A DNA stretch of 48,061 nucleotides, the filler included, from Stramenopiles sp. TOSAG23-2 (taxonomy: Eukaryota): NCBI GenBank assembly GCA_900128395.1. It is 2 parts of 2 records of this genome, joined end to end, with 100 filler letters (N's around TTAATTAATTAA, not from the genome) between each part and the next. Parts side by side here need not be neighbours in the genome. Positions count along the whole stretch, not along the records: positions 1 to 24,002 come from LT649474.1; 1 more part is not named here. The stretch is one strand, 5' to 3'. Below are positions 1 to 11,517 of the stretch, in pieces (position 1 is the first letter of the stretch; each line of letters begins with the position of its first letter). Under the pieces are notes generated by a model. The model saw nothing but the letters and a program-made list of their open reading frames with translations, was not told the DNA's origin and did not search any database. The translations under genes and the position numbers were made by a program.

Positions 1-2
1 AG

Positions 3-1955
3 AAACCGGACAATATTATATACAATTTTAATTATGGTGCATTGCTTGCAAATATTGGAAATCATTCAAAAAGTGTTCATTACTTATCCATCGCAGCAAA
101 TCGAAAGTTTTTTCCAGCTGCATTGGCGTTGGCAAAGTCGACGATTGGATCATTTAATTTTACAATGAACAAATATTATTTAAATTTAGGAAGCAATGCA
201 GCAAAAACAAACGAGGAAAAATTGCTAATACATTTGCGCAATGCAACATTATTGCCAGGTATCTACATGACAGAAAATAATTACGAAAAAGATATGCAAA
301 ATTCAATTATAATTTTGAAACATATTTTGGACCATCAATTAAATTTGATCAATGTGAAAATATTTCAAAGCAACAGTCAATTTGTTGAATATGCATTTTA
401 TGGTGCATTAGATCAATGTACGCATCATAATCCACATACGGATATAGTAATAGAAGCAAAAAAAATGTTATCAACCATATTACGTCGTTTATCCCCTGCT
501 AGAAATTTTATGACTATGAAGGATGGAATATCGTCACAAAGGGTAGAACAAACCACTTCGACGGTATATAGTGTAAATAACAACAACAACAACAACAATA
601 ATAATAATGACAATATTGTTGAAATTCGAATAGGTTTTGCAACTTCCTTTTTTAGGCAACATTCAGTAGCAAAATATACTTGCCCATTGATGAGAAAATT
701 GAAAGAATATCGTAATGACAACAACAACAAGCCTATAAAAATGTTTTATATTGTTGGTATTGGCATAGGGGGAAACTGTCATCCAAATAATAAATTTCTA
801 AATGAAAATCATAATATTGCATTTAAAAATTGTAGAGACAGTACAGATTTGTATATACATTATCAAGATGGAGCAACAGATGAATTATTTGGAACGGTAC
901 GAAACCTGCATCTAGATATATTGATATACCCCGAGATTGGACTCGATTCGACAGTATATTTAATGAGTCTTGCTAGATTAGCACCTATACAAATATCACA
1001 TTTAGGTAATGCTGTGACACATGGTATCAATACAATTGACTATGTGGTTCATTCGTTAAAATTTCTACCTGGATCAACTTTAAATATTCGTAAGAAAAGA
1101 TTGGTACAAAAAAAACCATTTCCAGTATGTGCATCTAGAAGTATTGATTATATTTATGATGGATTAAATCATACTGAAAAATTATTATGTTTTGAAACAA
1201 CTGGATTGTATCTAGAAAAGCCAAATAACCACGTTGTAAACCCAGGTGTAAATGATGACGATACATTGTTAAAAGCGTGGAAATTGCTGAAAGAACATAA
1301 TATCCATTTACGAAAACCTGGTGATAATAATATTACTGCTGCTAATAATGATGAATCATATGATCATATGTATTTTTTACCACATACTCCGTTGAAATTT
1401 AGCAATGGTGAAAGAGATCATCTATATGAGCAAATGCTTACCAATGACCCAAAAGCTAAATTGGTCATGTTACAACCTTTTCGCAATGACGCTGCAGAGG
1501 TTATACGAACGATCATAAAAGAACGGTGGGAAAAACAAAATTTAAATAACCTGTTAGGAAATAATAATAGTAGATATGTCTGGTTACCATTTGTCCCATT
1601 AGATATGTATATAGCCTTGGGAAAGTTGGCAAACGTTGTACTTGATATATGTCCAAATGGTATGGGTGTTAGCGCAGTTGAAATGTTAGTAGCTGGTGCT
1701 CCATTTGTTTCAACACCATATTGTCAAAAAGTATTAAGATTATCACAAGGTATCTATGAAACCATTGGGGTGACCAATATGATATGTAAAAATGATAAAG
1801 AATTTTTAGATTTGACCTTTAAATTAGCAAATGATGTTGTATTCCGTAATGAAATGAAAGCATTGGTACTTGAAAAAGTAGATCTATTATTTGAAAATGT
1901 TGATATATTTGATGAATGGGTTGGTGTTTTGAAAGGATTGATGGTTGCTGTTTGA
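3..1955 (+). CDS. TPR + GT41 (O-GlcNAc transferase/SPINDLY-like) glycosyltransferase, 5'-truncated by the window edge
   Basis: Frame is open from position 3 (KPDNIIYNFNYGALLANIG..., TPR-like). GT41 catalytic motifs: IRIGFATSFFRQHSV, LDILIYPEIGLD...LARLAPIQISHLGNAVTHGINTIDY, VVLDICPNGMGVSAVEMLVAGAPFVS. Confidence 0.88.
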   Translation, partial: KPDNIIYNFNYGALLANIGNHSKSVHYLSIAANRKFFPAALALAKSTIGSFNFTMNKYYLNLGSNAAKTNEEKLLIHLRNATLLPGIYMTENNYEKDMQNSIIILKHILDHQLNLINVKIFQSNSQFVEYAFYGALDQCTHHNPHTDIVIEAKKMLSTILRRLSPARNFMTMKDGISSQRVEQTTSTVYSVNNNNNNNNNNNDNIVEIRIGFATSFFRQHSVAKYTCPLMRKLKEYRNDNNNKPIKMFYIVGIGIGGNCHPNNKFLNENHNIAFKNCRDSTDLYIHYQDGATDELFGTVRNLHLDILIYPEIGLDSTVYLMSLARLAPIQISHLGNAVTHGINTIDYVVHSLKFLPGSTLNIRKKRLVQKKPFPVCASRSIDYIYDGLNHTEKLLCFETTGLYLEKPNNHVVNPGVNDDDTLLKAWKLLKEHNIHLRKPGDNNITAANNDESYDHMYFLPHTPLKFSNGERDHLYEQMLTNDPKAKLVMLQPFRNDAAEVIRTIIKERWEKQNLNNLLGNNNSRYVWLPFVPLDMYIALGKLANVVLDICPNGMGVSAVEMLVAGAPFVSTPYCQKVLRLSQGIYETIGVTNMICKNDKEFLDLTFKLANDVVFRNEMKALVLEKVDLLFENVDIFDEWVGVLKGLMVAV

Positions 1956-1980
1956 AATGGGGGGATACCTGTACATTTGG

Positions 1981-2029
1981 TATAGAAGAAAAGAGGAGAG
2001 TGTTATTTGTTATAGAAGAAAAGAGGAGA
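1981..2029. repeat. Short direct repeat (19 bp TATAGAAGAAAAGAGGAGA x2, period 30)
   Basis: Copies at 1981-1999 and 2011-2029, read directly from the sequence. Confidence 0.85.
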
Positions 2030-2231
2030 ATTGTATTATATACCTGTTACAAAGTATTTCCAATAATTATTTTTTGTTGATCTTTATTTTTTTATTGTGA
2101 TGTGTGTGTGCCCTTCACCCTTCTTGGATTTCTTCTTCCTCTATTATAAATATACACATGCCTATTATCGATATTTAATAATTAGAATAATACACACACA
2201 ATATATAATATTATCTTTGATATTGATTTGA

Positions 2232-4217
2232 ATGAAATCAATCTATGTAGACTCTAACTTAAAACAACATTGCAACATGGCAATCCATACCCATCGTACC
2301 ATTAATAGATTAACAAGTAATCATCTGTTAATCCTCTTGTCTCTACTTGCAATTATTAATTTTGTACAATCCAGGCAATATCCAAATCAACATTTAAATA
2401 TTGAAGAAATATTATGGCCAAAAGTGGAGAAAATATTGCATGGGAATAATAAAGATGTTCAGCTGCAAATATTTATATCTACTTGGGAAGATAATGGATT
2501 ACATATACATAATACTAATAATGTAAATGCTAGAAACTATGTGACTCGAGTGTATAAACAGTTTAATGAATCTATGTATCATATAATTTCATCTCCAGAA
2601 TATCAACGTGTTAATTACAAATCCTTTCGAAAATCTAATAATAATAATAATAATAATGCTAATGTAAATACAAATGAAAAACAGTCGTCACAACACGAAG
2701 TAATAATATTGCAAATGAAAATCAATGTAAATTTTATGCATTCAAATGAGAATCCTCAAGAATTTGGTGATATGACAAATATACAACTGGACAGGCAGGA
2801 ATGGTCTAATTATGAACATACTTTACAACATGGACATTATGATGAAAGTTATAAACTAAATTTAGAAATTAAAAAAATTAATGCAAACAATAATATTTTA
2901 CAAATCGATGTAGCAAGTGCAACTGTGTTTGGAATCTCTCATGCATTTACAACGTTAAAACAACTATTTGTCAACGGCAATGCTATGAAGAGTTCCCCAA
3001 CAATTCAAGGCGATAATAAAAATAACGCTAAATTAATGCTACATAGCAATTATTTACCATTGAAAATTGAAGACAAACCAACGTTGGAGTATAGAGGCTT
3101 ATTAATTGATACTTCAAGACATTATATACCAGTTTCACAAATTCTGAAAATTATTGATGGGTTGTCATTGTTAAAATTGAATGTTTTGCATTGGCACATG
3201 ATTGATTCACAATCATTTCCATTTGAATCGAAAAAATTTCCAAAACTGAGTCAACATGGTGCTTATCATAGCAAACAAGCAATTTATACACATAATGACA
3301 TTCGCAAAATTATTAGCTATGCTTTTTATCGCGGAGTTGAAGTTATTCCTGAAATTGATGTGCCTGGGCATGCTGCAAGTTGGGGTATAGCATATCCTGA
3401 AATTATTGTCGATTGTCCCACTCGTGTTGGGACTGATGACCGATTATTAGAACATGGTCTTGATAAAATAGCATTAAATGTCTTAAAAAATAAGACATAT
3501 GAAATTGTATATGGTGTTTTAGATGAGATATCGAATTTATTTCCCTCGAAAAGAATACATCTTGGTGGTGACGAGATAGATGGAGATTGTTGGCTCAACG
3601 ATCCGTTGATTAAAGAGTTTAAAAGAAAACACGGATCTAATCAATGGAAAAATAAATTGCATTCTATGTTTTTATTAAAGGTGGCAAATTACATTATTGA
3701 AAATTATGATAAAAAAATAATTTTATGGGATGAAGCGTTGGATCTACCAGCATTATTACCAAGAGGACGTAAGAATAGTGAAATATACATTCAAGTGTGG
3801 AGATGGTGGCTACCAAATCAAAGTCGAAGAGCACAACGAAAAGGTTACAAAACAATTACATCCATAGGATATTATCTTGATTATATAAACACGAAATGGG
3901 AGGAGATGTATGATCGTTCCATAGCAACTGAAAATATTGGTGGCGAAGCTTGTAGTTGGCATGAACATGCTGATACTGCAACTATTGAGCATCGAATTTT
4001 TCAACGTTTACCTGTGGTCGCAGAACGATTTTGGAGCACAGCAGCAGCTACAAAAAGAAACGATCGAACGTTACCACGATTAGCATGGATCATATGCCGT
4101 TTGAAAAAACTTATTAGGTTAAATGTTGCATCGGTGTTTCCTGATTTTTGTCCAACTAGCTTTTTATCCGATGATACTCAGCAACATCTACCTTTAAATG
4201 AACACGAAGAGTTGTAG
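2232..4217 (+). CDS. Beta-N-acetylhexosaminidase, glycoside hydrolase family 20, with signal peptide and C-terminal HEEL
   Basis: GH20 motifs: EDKP..YRGLLIDTSRHY, KLNVLHWHMIDSQSFP, VIPEIDVPGHA, catalytic HLGGDE, GGEACSWHE. Hydrophobic N-terminal segment LLILLSLLAIINFVQS; alternative start ATG at 2277. Confidence 0.95.
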   Translation: MKSIYVDSNLKQHCNMAIHTHRTINRLTSNHLLILLSLLAIINFVQSRQYPNQHLNIEEILWPKVEKILHGNNKDVQLQIFISTWEDNGLHIHNTNNVNARNYVTRVYKQFNESMYHIISSPEYQRVNYKSFRKSNNNNNNNANVNTNEKQSSQHEVIILQMKINVNFMHSNENPQEFGDMTNIQLDRQEWSNYEHTLQHGHYDESYKLNLEIKKINANNNILQIDVASATVFGISHAFTTLKQLFVNGNAMKSSPTIQGDNKNNAKLMLHSNYLPLKIEDKPTLEYRGLLIDTSRHYIPVSQILKIIDGLSLLKLNVLHWHMIDSQSFPFESKKFPKLSQHGAYHSKQAIYTHNDIRKIISYAFYRGVEVIPEIDVPGHAASWGIAYPEIIVDCPTRVGTDDRLLEHGLDKIALNVLKNKTYEIVYGVLDEISNLFPSKRIHLGGDEIDGDCWLNDPLIKEFKRKHGSNQWKNKLHSMFLLKVANYIIENYDKKIILWDEALDLPALLPRGRKNSEIYIQVWRWWLPNQSRRAQRKGYKTITSIGYYLDYINTKWEEMYDRSIATENIGGEACSWHEHADTATIEHRIFQRLPVVAERFWSTAAATKRNDRTLPRLAWIICRLKKLIRLNVASVFPDFCPTSFLSDDTQQHLPLNEHEEL

Positions 4218-4524
4218 GGTTTCTGTGTGGGTATTTAATTTGTTCTCACTTATAAAAAGAAATATCATATACGAAGTATGATAATATCAATATCATATGT
4301 GTGCGTGTCTATGTGTATAGCGAGTATGTGTGGGGATATTTATTAAATGCTCCGGGTGTAATATTTATTTTTACGAGTTCGACGTAATATTTCATATAAT
4401 GCATACAACGTGTGTTGCAAGATCTTATAAAAAACGTTTTTTTCGTAAAATTTACTAAAATACAAATTATAAAAATACGAGTAAGAGAATTATTTTATAT
4501 TTTTTTAATTAACACACTCTCCTC

Positions 4525-6844
4525 TCATCGTTTAGATAATCCACCACTACTTGCACCACCCATCGATCCAGCTCTCCTACGAGCGATGACTTCTTCTTTT
4601 AATCTTTTGTCACGTAACATTTTTCGCTCCTTCAAAAAATCACTACGTCTTAGAGTATCTCTTTCTTCTAATCTATCTTGCAAAATCTTTGGCAAAGTTA
4701 CTGCACTATCTGCTCTTAATTCCAAACGTATCATTTGCTCTTCATCACTAGCATCATTTTCTGATCTTCCTTCCTCAGGCCCAGGACCATATTTTTTCCA
4801 CAAACGTTCATATCCACCATATTTCTTATCAATATATTCATCATAATCATTTAAAGGTGAATTGGCAGTCCAAAACGATCGCGTGAAACCACTACATAGC
4901 TTTTCTAAAAATGGTTCTAATACGACTGATAATTTTGGCAACTGTTCCACGGTAACATCCTTATCTGTACCAAACCCATCAGCTTTTAAATCGGACAAGC
5001 GCGCTAGACAATCACAAAATTCCATAAATGTACAACGATCGTTACCATCTTGCGATGCTTTTTTCTTTTTTCCACCACTAAGTGGGTCAGGACTTTGCAT
5101 TTGGCATGAGACAAAGGCAAGCGTTATTTCGCTTTTGCTCAATCCTTTATTTGCGCCAGAATCTTGTAACAAATTATAATATTCTGCTAAATATAATTTC
5201 GGTTCCTTATTACCAGTACTATGCGCCCTATTCATAGATTTATCAGCATATTCTATATAAATTGTATATATTTTCTTACTGTATTTTTGAAATACTTGAT
5301 CAACCTCTATAAAGTACAAACGTTCCCGGCGAAACGAATCTGGATCAGCATAATGCAATTCCGCCAAATCAACGGGTTTAAAAGCACCTTCTGCTATTAA
5401 ACTAAACAATTCTTGTACAACTTCTAACACATTTTCACATTCGTTTGTATGTAAAAACGTCTTATTCACCAATTTGTTCGTAGTTCCCGCCACCGTTCCT
5501 GATGCATCATCCCCTTTTTCCCCTTCGGCATCACCTTTTTTTCCTTCATCCCGTTCCACTAATTTACCTTCCTCTCGCAATTTTTGTTCCATTTCCTTTT
5601 TTTTGCGTTCGGCTTCACGATGATGTCTGCGTTTTATTTTAATATCCTTGCTCTTCAAAAAAATTTCTTCTGCTAATCGAAATAACACCTCAATAAATTC
5701 GTATCGCGATAAGCTATTTTTATCTGCATCATGTTCAATAACTTCGCCACTTTCTGATTTTGCTTGTTTCTTTCCATGAAAATTGACAGCATACCATATT
5801 GAACCTAAATAGACATCACCAATATTACATACGCGTAACAATTCTTGAAAATCATTTATACCCATATCAAATGGATCACCTTCTCCAGTTGCACTGTAAA
5901 ATTGATAAATATTTGCAAATAATGCATAGTACTGATAAATGTACTTTTTAAGCTCCGGTAAAATATTATCTTCTTTCATCCATTTAACTTTTTTAACTTT
6001 TTTCCAATCAACTTTAAAGCATTTACGAAAAGAGTTTTTTGTTTCATAGAATGATTTACCACCTGATTCAACTGATCTTTCAAGAAAAAAGGAACGTCTT
6101 AATTCTTTTTTCACCACCGTTTTTTTCACTTCATCTTTACCATAAAAGTCAGCATCACTAATTTCCGGCTCGTCTTCTAAAGCCTCTTCAACTAGTTCAT
6201 ATGTATCACGCTCTTCTATAAATTTTCTCCCTTCTGTCGCGTAAAATGTCTCGTTCTCCCATTTTGTAATTTTTCCACCATCTTGATTAAATTCTATCCA
6301 TATCACATCCCCATCTTTTACAATCGTATTTAAAGTTATATTACCTTTTAAAAGCTCTTCATCCGTTTCTGGATCCTCACTTCTTATTTTATTCGGTATA
6401 AATGCACCTGGAATACCTACCATTCGTTCACGACTACGCAATTTACCTTTGTTTATATTATATAATGCCAACAATCGTTCCCTAGCTGCAAGGACTAACC
6501 ATCGAAATGTTTGTTCCCCATCACCTATATATTGCTTTATATGATGCTCTCTTATTGCATACTTTGGTATTGCTTCTGTGCCATTTCGAGCTTTTGCAGA
6601 ATATGAAAGGTATTAATAAAGTAAATGTTAGAAAGTGTGCAAATATGTAGGGAAATATAGGACCCTTGGGATAAAAAATAAACTTACCACTGCGTTTTGG
6701 TATAAATGTAGTATCTGTCACACGTAAATGCAACGTCATTTTTTTAGCATCATTGGATTCAACAGACGAATCTGAAGATTCACTAGTACCGCTACTGGAT
6801 GACGATGCGATATAATGTTTTGTTATTTCATTTAATGTAAACAT
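4525..6844 (-). CDS. Uncharacterised EF-hand-like helical protein; 2 exons (6844-6688, 6590-4525)
   Basis: Minus-strand donor GTAAGT at 6687, CTAAC branch near 6630 and AG acceptor at 6591 (alternative in-frame CAG at 6576) join ORF 6521-6844 in phase 1 to ORF 4525-6474. Motifs: GDGEQTFRWLVLAA, LSRYEFIEVLFRLA, TFMEFCDCLARLS, DPDSFRRERLY. Confidence 0.75.
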
Positions 6845-7652
6845 GTTCGCTCGTATCCTTCTTTTATCTTTTTTCGAATGGGAAATATTGATTGTATTAA
6901 CATATGTGTATAAATAAATATTTATGTGTAAGTGTTATTATTATATGAGTACAGTATCAGTATCAATATGTTAGCTGGCGGTATTTATACACATCGCCAG
7001 ATCGATAACTGGATAACGGAACGGAAGAAAAAAAAAAAGCAGTGTGGCCTGCCAGCCTGGCTGGGCTGGCTGGCCTGGGCGGGGATATGTCTCGACGACG
7101 ACTGATGCGAAGACACATATAATACAGTACATTCAAGGATATATCACTTATTTGCGACGGGTATGCTGCATATTCTAATTATTTGATTATCTTGATATAT
7201 GAAGTAGGGGTGAAGGAAAAAAAAAGAAACGCTGCTACAGAAATGTCCAATAGGAAATAACATTACAGTGTAATTTTTCATGTTGGTATACCATCGAATA
7301 GCATTGCCGAACCAAGATGAAAGAAGTGATGCAAATATTGTTTTGAGGATCTGTGTAAAAAGAAGGGGCCGATGATGGTTGCAGCTTTTTACATATTATA
7401 ATAAATAACATAAGATAGCATAGAAAATACTAAAAGTCTCCACCATATATATATAATATTATTCTGCCTTTCAATACTAGACTCTATTAATCGCATTATC
7501 GGGAACTCGACTAGACAATACTTTAAACAAGGAGATACTTTTTATTTTTTTATCATCTGTTTTAATCATACGCGAACGTATAATTAAACTACAGACATTA
7601 ACGTAAGAAGAGTGATCTAGAAAGTAATATATATATATATACGATCAATATA

Positions 7653-9896
7653 ATGAAACTGAATATATTGTTATTATTGCTGTTCATTGGAGCTATTGCA
7701 ATTAGTTCGTCATACGCCTTAACAGAACCAACTGTTACGGATGAAGATGATCGGGACGATGCAAGTCCTACATCTGAAGCAAAGGATATCGAAGCACTGA
7801 AAGTGAAAGTTGCTGATACCAAAGACAAAAAGAAACTTGCAGACTTGAAATTGAAAGAAGCAAAGAAACCATTTAAGCCTACGTTAAAATTAGAGGAAGC
7901 AATACAAAATACAACTAAAGCAGAGGAAATATTTGACGATACAACTGCCAATGTTGAGGATACAAATGCTACTTTAAAAGAGGAAGAGAAAGAATATGCA
8001 ATAGCCAACAAAACATTTACAAAGTCAAAAAAGCGTGATACTATGCTACGCAATAAAACAAAAGAGTTAAAAGCTAAGTTAGAGTTTGCAATTTCGAAAG
8101 AAATGGAAGTTATGGGAGCACATAATAAAACAGTAGAACATATTGAACAACATCGTGTTGCAGATGCAAGAAAACAATATGCAAAAGCAATAAAACAAGA
8201 TACAGCAAATGTGGATAATTTGAAAGCACGTGAAATTGCTGATAAAGATATGCTGAAAGATTTGTTGCAAAAAATTAAAAAACGCTTACATGGAGATGAT
8301 CCACATACGCAGCTTTTATTACAAAAAGTAAGTGATGCGACACGTGCAATCCATGGTGCTGCCGAAGGTAGTACAAAATACAAAGAAGCAAAAGAGATCA
8401 TGAAATCAACGTTACACGAGTTGTATAAAATAAACGGCAAAGGTGATGATTTAAACAAACAAAAGCAAGAAGCCAAGTCTTTGGGCAAAGATATTCGCAA
8501 GGTCCGTAAAGATATCGAGAAAGCAGAAGGAAAGGCTGAAGAAGATGTTGAAATATTAAAGGAAATCAATGCAACCGGTACAATACCGAAGAATTTAACT
8601 ATACAGCTAAGTGACGGTGGTGCAACGTTCGAAAAAAAGCGTATGGTCATCCAAGAAATGGCATTGGCATTGAATGTAACAGGATTGCAGAAAGCATACG
8701 ACGCTACATCAAAAACTTACAAAAAAGAGCACAATACTACCTTTAAAGAAGCGAAAGAGATGTACAACGAAACTGAATTTGCGTTGAAGCAAACGAAGTT
8801 GAAGTTTTTCGAGTTGCTTGCAAATTTGACGATAGCACAAACAAATTACAAACAGGATAAAAGGAAATCAGATACGATGACAGTTGCACAAAAAGCACTA
8901 CGATCGTTTGATATCGAATATGCGCAACAGGATCAACAAGCTGCAAAATTTAGAAAAAACGAATTGGAAGCACAATTGAAACGTGCGACTGAAGTACTGA
9001 AAGTATTGAAACAAGCTAGTGCTGATGCAGATAATGTTGGTACACAAGTGGCAGCAATCAAAGAGAAAACGAAGATAAAAGAAAGTGATATTAAAATACC
9101 TGAATTCAAACGTGTAGATCCTGAAAGTATTGAAGATGTGGAAGAGAAAAACTTAGAGAAACAATCACCAATCCATGCTGAATTAGCAAAATTAGCAAAG
9201 CGTATAATGTGGGGAACAAAACCAGAATTGTACAAAACAGAAATAGAAAAAATGGTATTGACAATGAAAGAGAAAAAAGATAAAGAAGAAGCTGCAGCAA
9301 AAGCAAAAGCAGATGCAGACGCTGCGAAAACGGAGTCAGACAACAAGCTTGGTGCAAATATGAAGTCATTATTAAAAAATAGTAAGAATTTGAAATTCAA
9401 AGCAATTACAAGTGCATATGCAAATTCAGAGCCACTGAACGCTGAACCAAAACATCATTGTTTTGATGGCAAAAAAGATTTTGGTGAATTAGGTGTTGAT
9501 TGCGGTGGAACTTGTGCACGTAAATGTGGATTTCATCATGTTTCAAATATTAAAGTAGGAAGCAAAGATCCATATCATAAAGTAAGCACCATACCTAATC
9601 AAGAATTAGCAAATGCAAATGAAAGTGAAAAACCAATGATGGTGAAATCATTAAAAGAATTACTAGTCGGTAATGCAGATGTTGGTGGCCATCCAAACAT
9701 GGAACCAGTTATGAATGATGGTAAAATACAATATGTCAAACATATAAAAAATAGCAGAGATAATAATAAAAATGAAAAGATCCGTAATTGGGATACCACT
9801 CATGCTGGCAATAGATTTAAAAGCAGCAGGAAGAACCATTTGCGACATGTTCGAAAGCACCACCATCACCTTCGTAGACATCATCATCGCAAGTGA
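7653..9896 (+). CDS. Secreted coiled-coil protein with a Cys-rich DCGG motif and a His/Arg-rich tail
   Basis: Signal peptide MKLNILLLLLFIGAIAISSSYA, long K/E/A-rich coiled coil, CFDGKKDFGELGVDCGGTCARKC, C-terminus RHVRKHHHHLRRHHHRK. Confidence 0.85.
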   Translation: MKLNILLLLLFIGAIAISSSYALTEPTVTDEDDRDDASPTSEAKDIEALKVKVADTKDKKKLADLKLKEAKKPFKPTLKLEEAIQNTTKAEEIFDDTTANVEDTNATLKEEEKEYAIANKTFTKSKKRDTMLRNKTKELKAKLEFAISKEMEVMGAHNKTVEHIEQHRVADARKQYAKAIKQDTANVDNLKAREIADKDMLKDLLQKIKKRLHGDDPHTQLLLQKVSDATRAIHGAAEGSTKYKEAKEIMKSTLHELYKINGKGDDLNKQKQEAKSLGKDIRKVRKDIEKAEGKAEEDVEILKEINATGTIPKNLTIQLSDGGATFEKKRMVIQEMALALNVTGLQKAYDATSKTYKKEHNTTFKEAKEMYNETEFALKQTKLKFFELLANLTIAQTNYKQDKRKSDTMTVAQKALRSFDIEYAQQDQQAAKFRKNELEAQLKRATEVLKVLKQASADADNVGTQVAAIKEKTKIKESDIKIPEFKRVDPESIEDVEEKNLEKQSPIHAELAKLAKRIMWGTKPELYKTEIEKMVLTMKEKKDKEEAAAKAKADADAAKTESDNKLGANMKSLLKNSKNLKFKAITSAYANSEPLNAEPKHHCFDGKKDFGELGVDCGGTCARKCGFHHVSNIKVGSKDPYHKVSTIPNQELANANESEKPMMVKSLKELLVGNADVGGHPNMEPVMNDGKIQYVKHIKNSRDNNKNEKIRNWDTTHAGNRFKSSRKNHLRHVRKHHHHLRRHHHRK

Positions 9897-10324
9897 AGTG
9901 TATTAGCTTAGTGTTGATGTATGTGTATAAAAAGAACACAAATAATACACTGTGTAATTACTAATTTTTTATCATAAATTACATACAGTAAATAATAAAT
10001 TAAATTTAAATTCACCCTTGAATATCCTAATCCCCTATCAAAATATTTTTTTATTATCTTATCAACTATAAATAAAATCATAAAACCTTAAACCTTTTCC
10101 TCTCCGCTTGGTTTATGGGCAATGTATTCGTTACTATAGCAAAATATTTCACTCACAAATTTTGAAAATACACACATTTATCATATATATTACTACTACA
10201 TATACAGTCGATACATATTGTCAAATTACAAGTTGTTTATACATTTATACATCACATCAGATTAAAAGAAAGGAAAAGACTTTTATAATATATATTTTTT
10301 ATTTTTTAGAAAAAATTACACAAA

Positions 10325-11071
10325 ATGTCCTCGCGCCGTTCTTCATCCAGTTCAAGGATGAAAAATACAAGTCGTTCAATTAAAAGTAACCGTTCAAATA
10401 ATAAAGCAATCGGAAGAAAATTGTCACATAAACAATTATGTGAAAGAATTGAACAATTGGAATCGACAATTAACCAAGAAAGGGTCGCAGCTGTTGAAAT
10501 TGAACTAGAAGCACGTCGTTTAAATGCATTAAAAACAACCAATGCAATGCACGCGATACGTAGAAAAGAGATTGGAGATGTGCAAGACTCGTTGAAAAGA
10601 CAAATGTATAAGAAAAAACCTGATCCTGGATATGTTACAGCATATATTGTAAATAAAACATATAAAAAAAGCAGGGGGCCAGCTGTTGATGATGATCAAG
10701 ATTCTGATACACGTAGTATTACAAGTGATTTATCAATATTAGAAACACCAAGATATCCACGTAAATCATCTGATATTACACGTTATATTGATCAAGTTGG
10801 TAAAAGTACATATAAAGGCACACGCCATGAATCGTTTGATAATCGTAGGAGAAGATCAGATGTTACGTTAGCTGCTGAAAATTATTTATGTGCCACCAAC
10901 AGCCCAATAACGATGCCAATGGGGCTAAAATACGGCATTAAGTATGATAATTTGATACAGGAAGGGGAAACATTGTATAAAAATCAAACATATCAAAGAA
11001 TTGATAAAATGAAAGGTGGAAAATTGGTTAAAAATGCAAGACAAAATGAATTGGAAAATGGATGGAGGTGA
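10325..11071 (+). CDS. Hypothetical protein with a short coiled coil
   Basis: 248-aa ATG-initiated ORF with coding-like composition in AT-rich surroundings; no family recognised. Confidence 0.75.
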   Translation: MSSRRSSSSSRMKNTSRSIKSNRSNNKAIGRKLSHKQLCERIEQLESTINQERVAAVEIELEARRLNALKTTNAMHAIRRKEIGDVQDSLKRQMYKKKPDPGYVTAYIVNKTYKKSRGPAVDDDQDSDTRSITSDLSILETPRYPRKSSDITRYIDQVGKSTYKGTRHESFDNRRRRSDVTLAAENYLCATNSPITMPMGLKYGIKYDNLIQEGETLYKNQTYQRIDKMKGGKLVKNARQNELENGWR

Positions 11072-11427
11072 AATGTGTGTGTTTTATCTTACACCCGGAA
11101 CCAATCACAACTAAAAAAAATTGGAAAAAAATTTTAAAATGTCGGTGTTGTGTTATTAAAAGAGAGAGAACTAGACGCGAAAAATGCACCCCAGGTATAT
11201 TTAAAAATCTTTTTTTTGTAGTAAAAAAGAAAATGAAGTTCATTGTGTCATTTTTTTTTAGAATTACCACCGTGGTACAGGCTAAAATACCGGAAATTAA
11301 AAAATTTTATAGAATGATGGTTAAAATCTAAGTTATAATATTTTTACACTTCTCGTGTTAAAAGTAATATGCTCAATACTCAATCGCAAGAATAATATGT
11401 TATATCCTACTGTAGTAAAGCTCTAAA

Positions 11428-11432
<5 letters not shown>

Positions 11433-11462
<30 letters not shown>
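11433..11462. repeat. (TA)n microsatellite
   Basis: Direct observation. Confidence 0.95.
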
Positions 11463-11466
<4 letters not shown>

Positions 11467-11517
11467 TACGACGTAAAAAAAATTATAAAATGTATGATAC
11501 GAATATATATGCATATT

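Noticed and set aside
6960..7400. GC-rich patches and a small hairpin between divergent genes as an RNA gene
   Set aside because: No tRNA cloverleaf or known ncRNA motif; more simply a bidirectional promoter region, which cannot be delimited from sequence alone.
7598..9400. Long antisense ORFs (e.g. 7598-8650, 8933-9400; likewise 42897-43559, 40611-41084)
   Set aside because: Shadow frames of K/E/A-rich coiled-coil genes on the opposite strand, with F/L/S-rich composition and no motifs.
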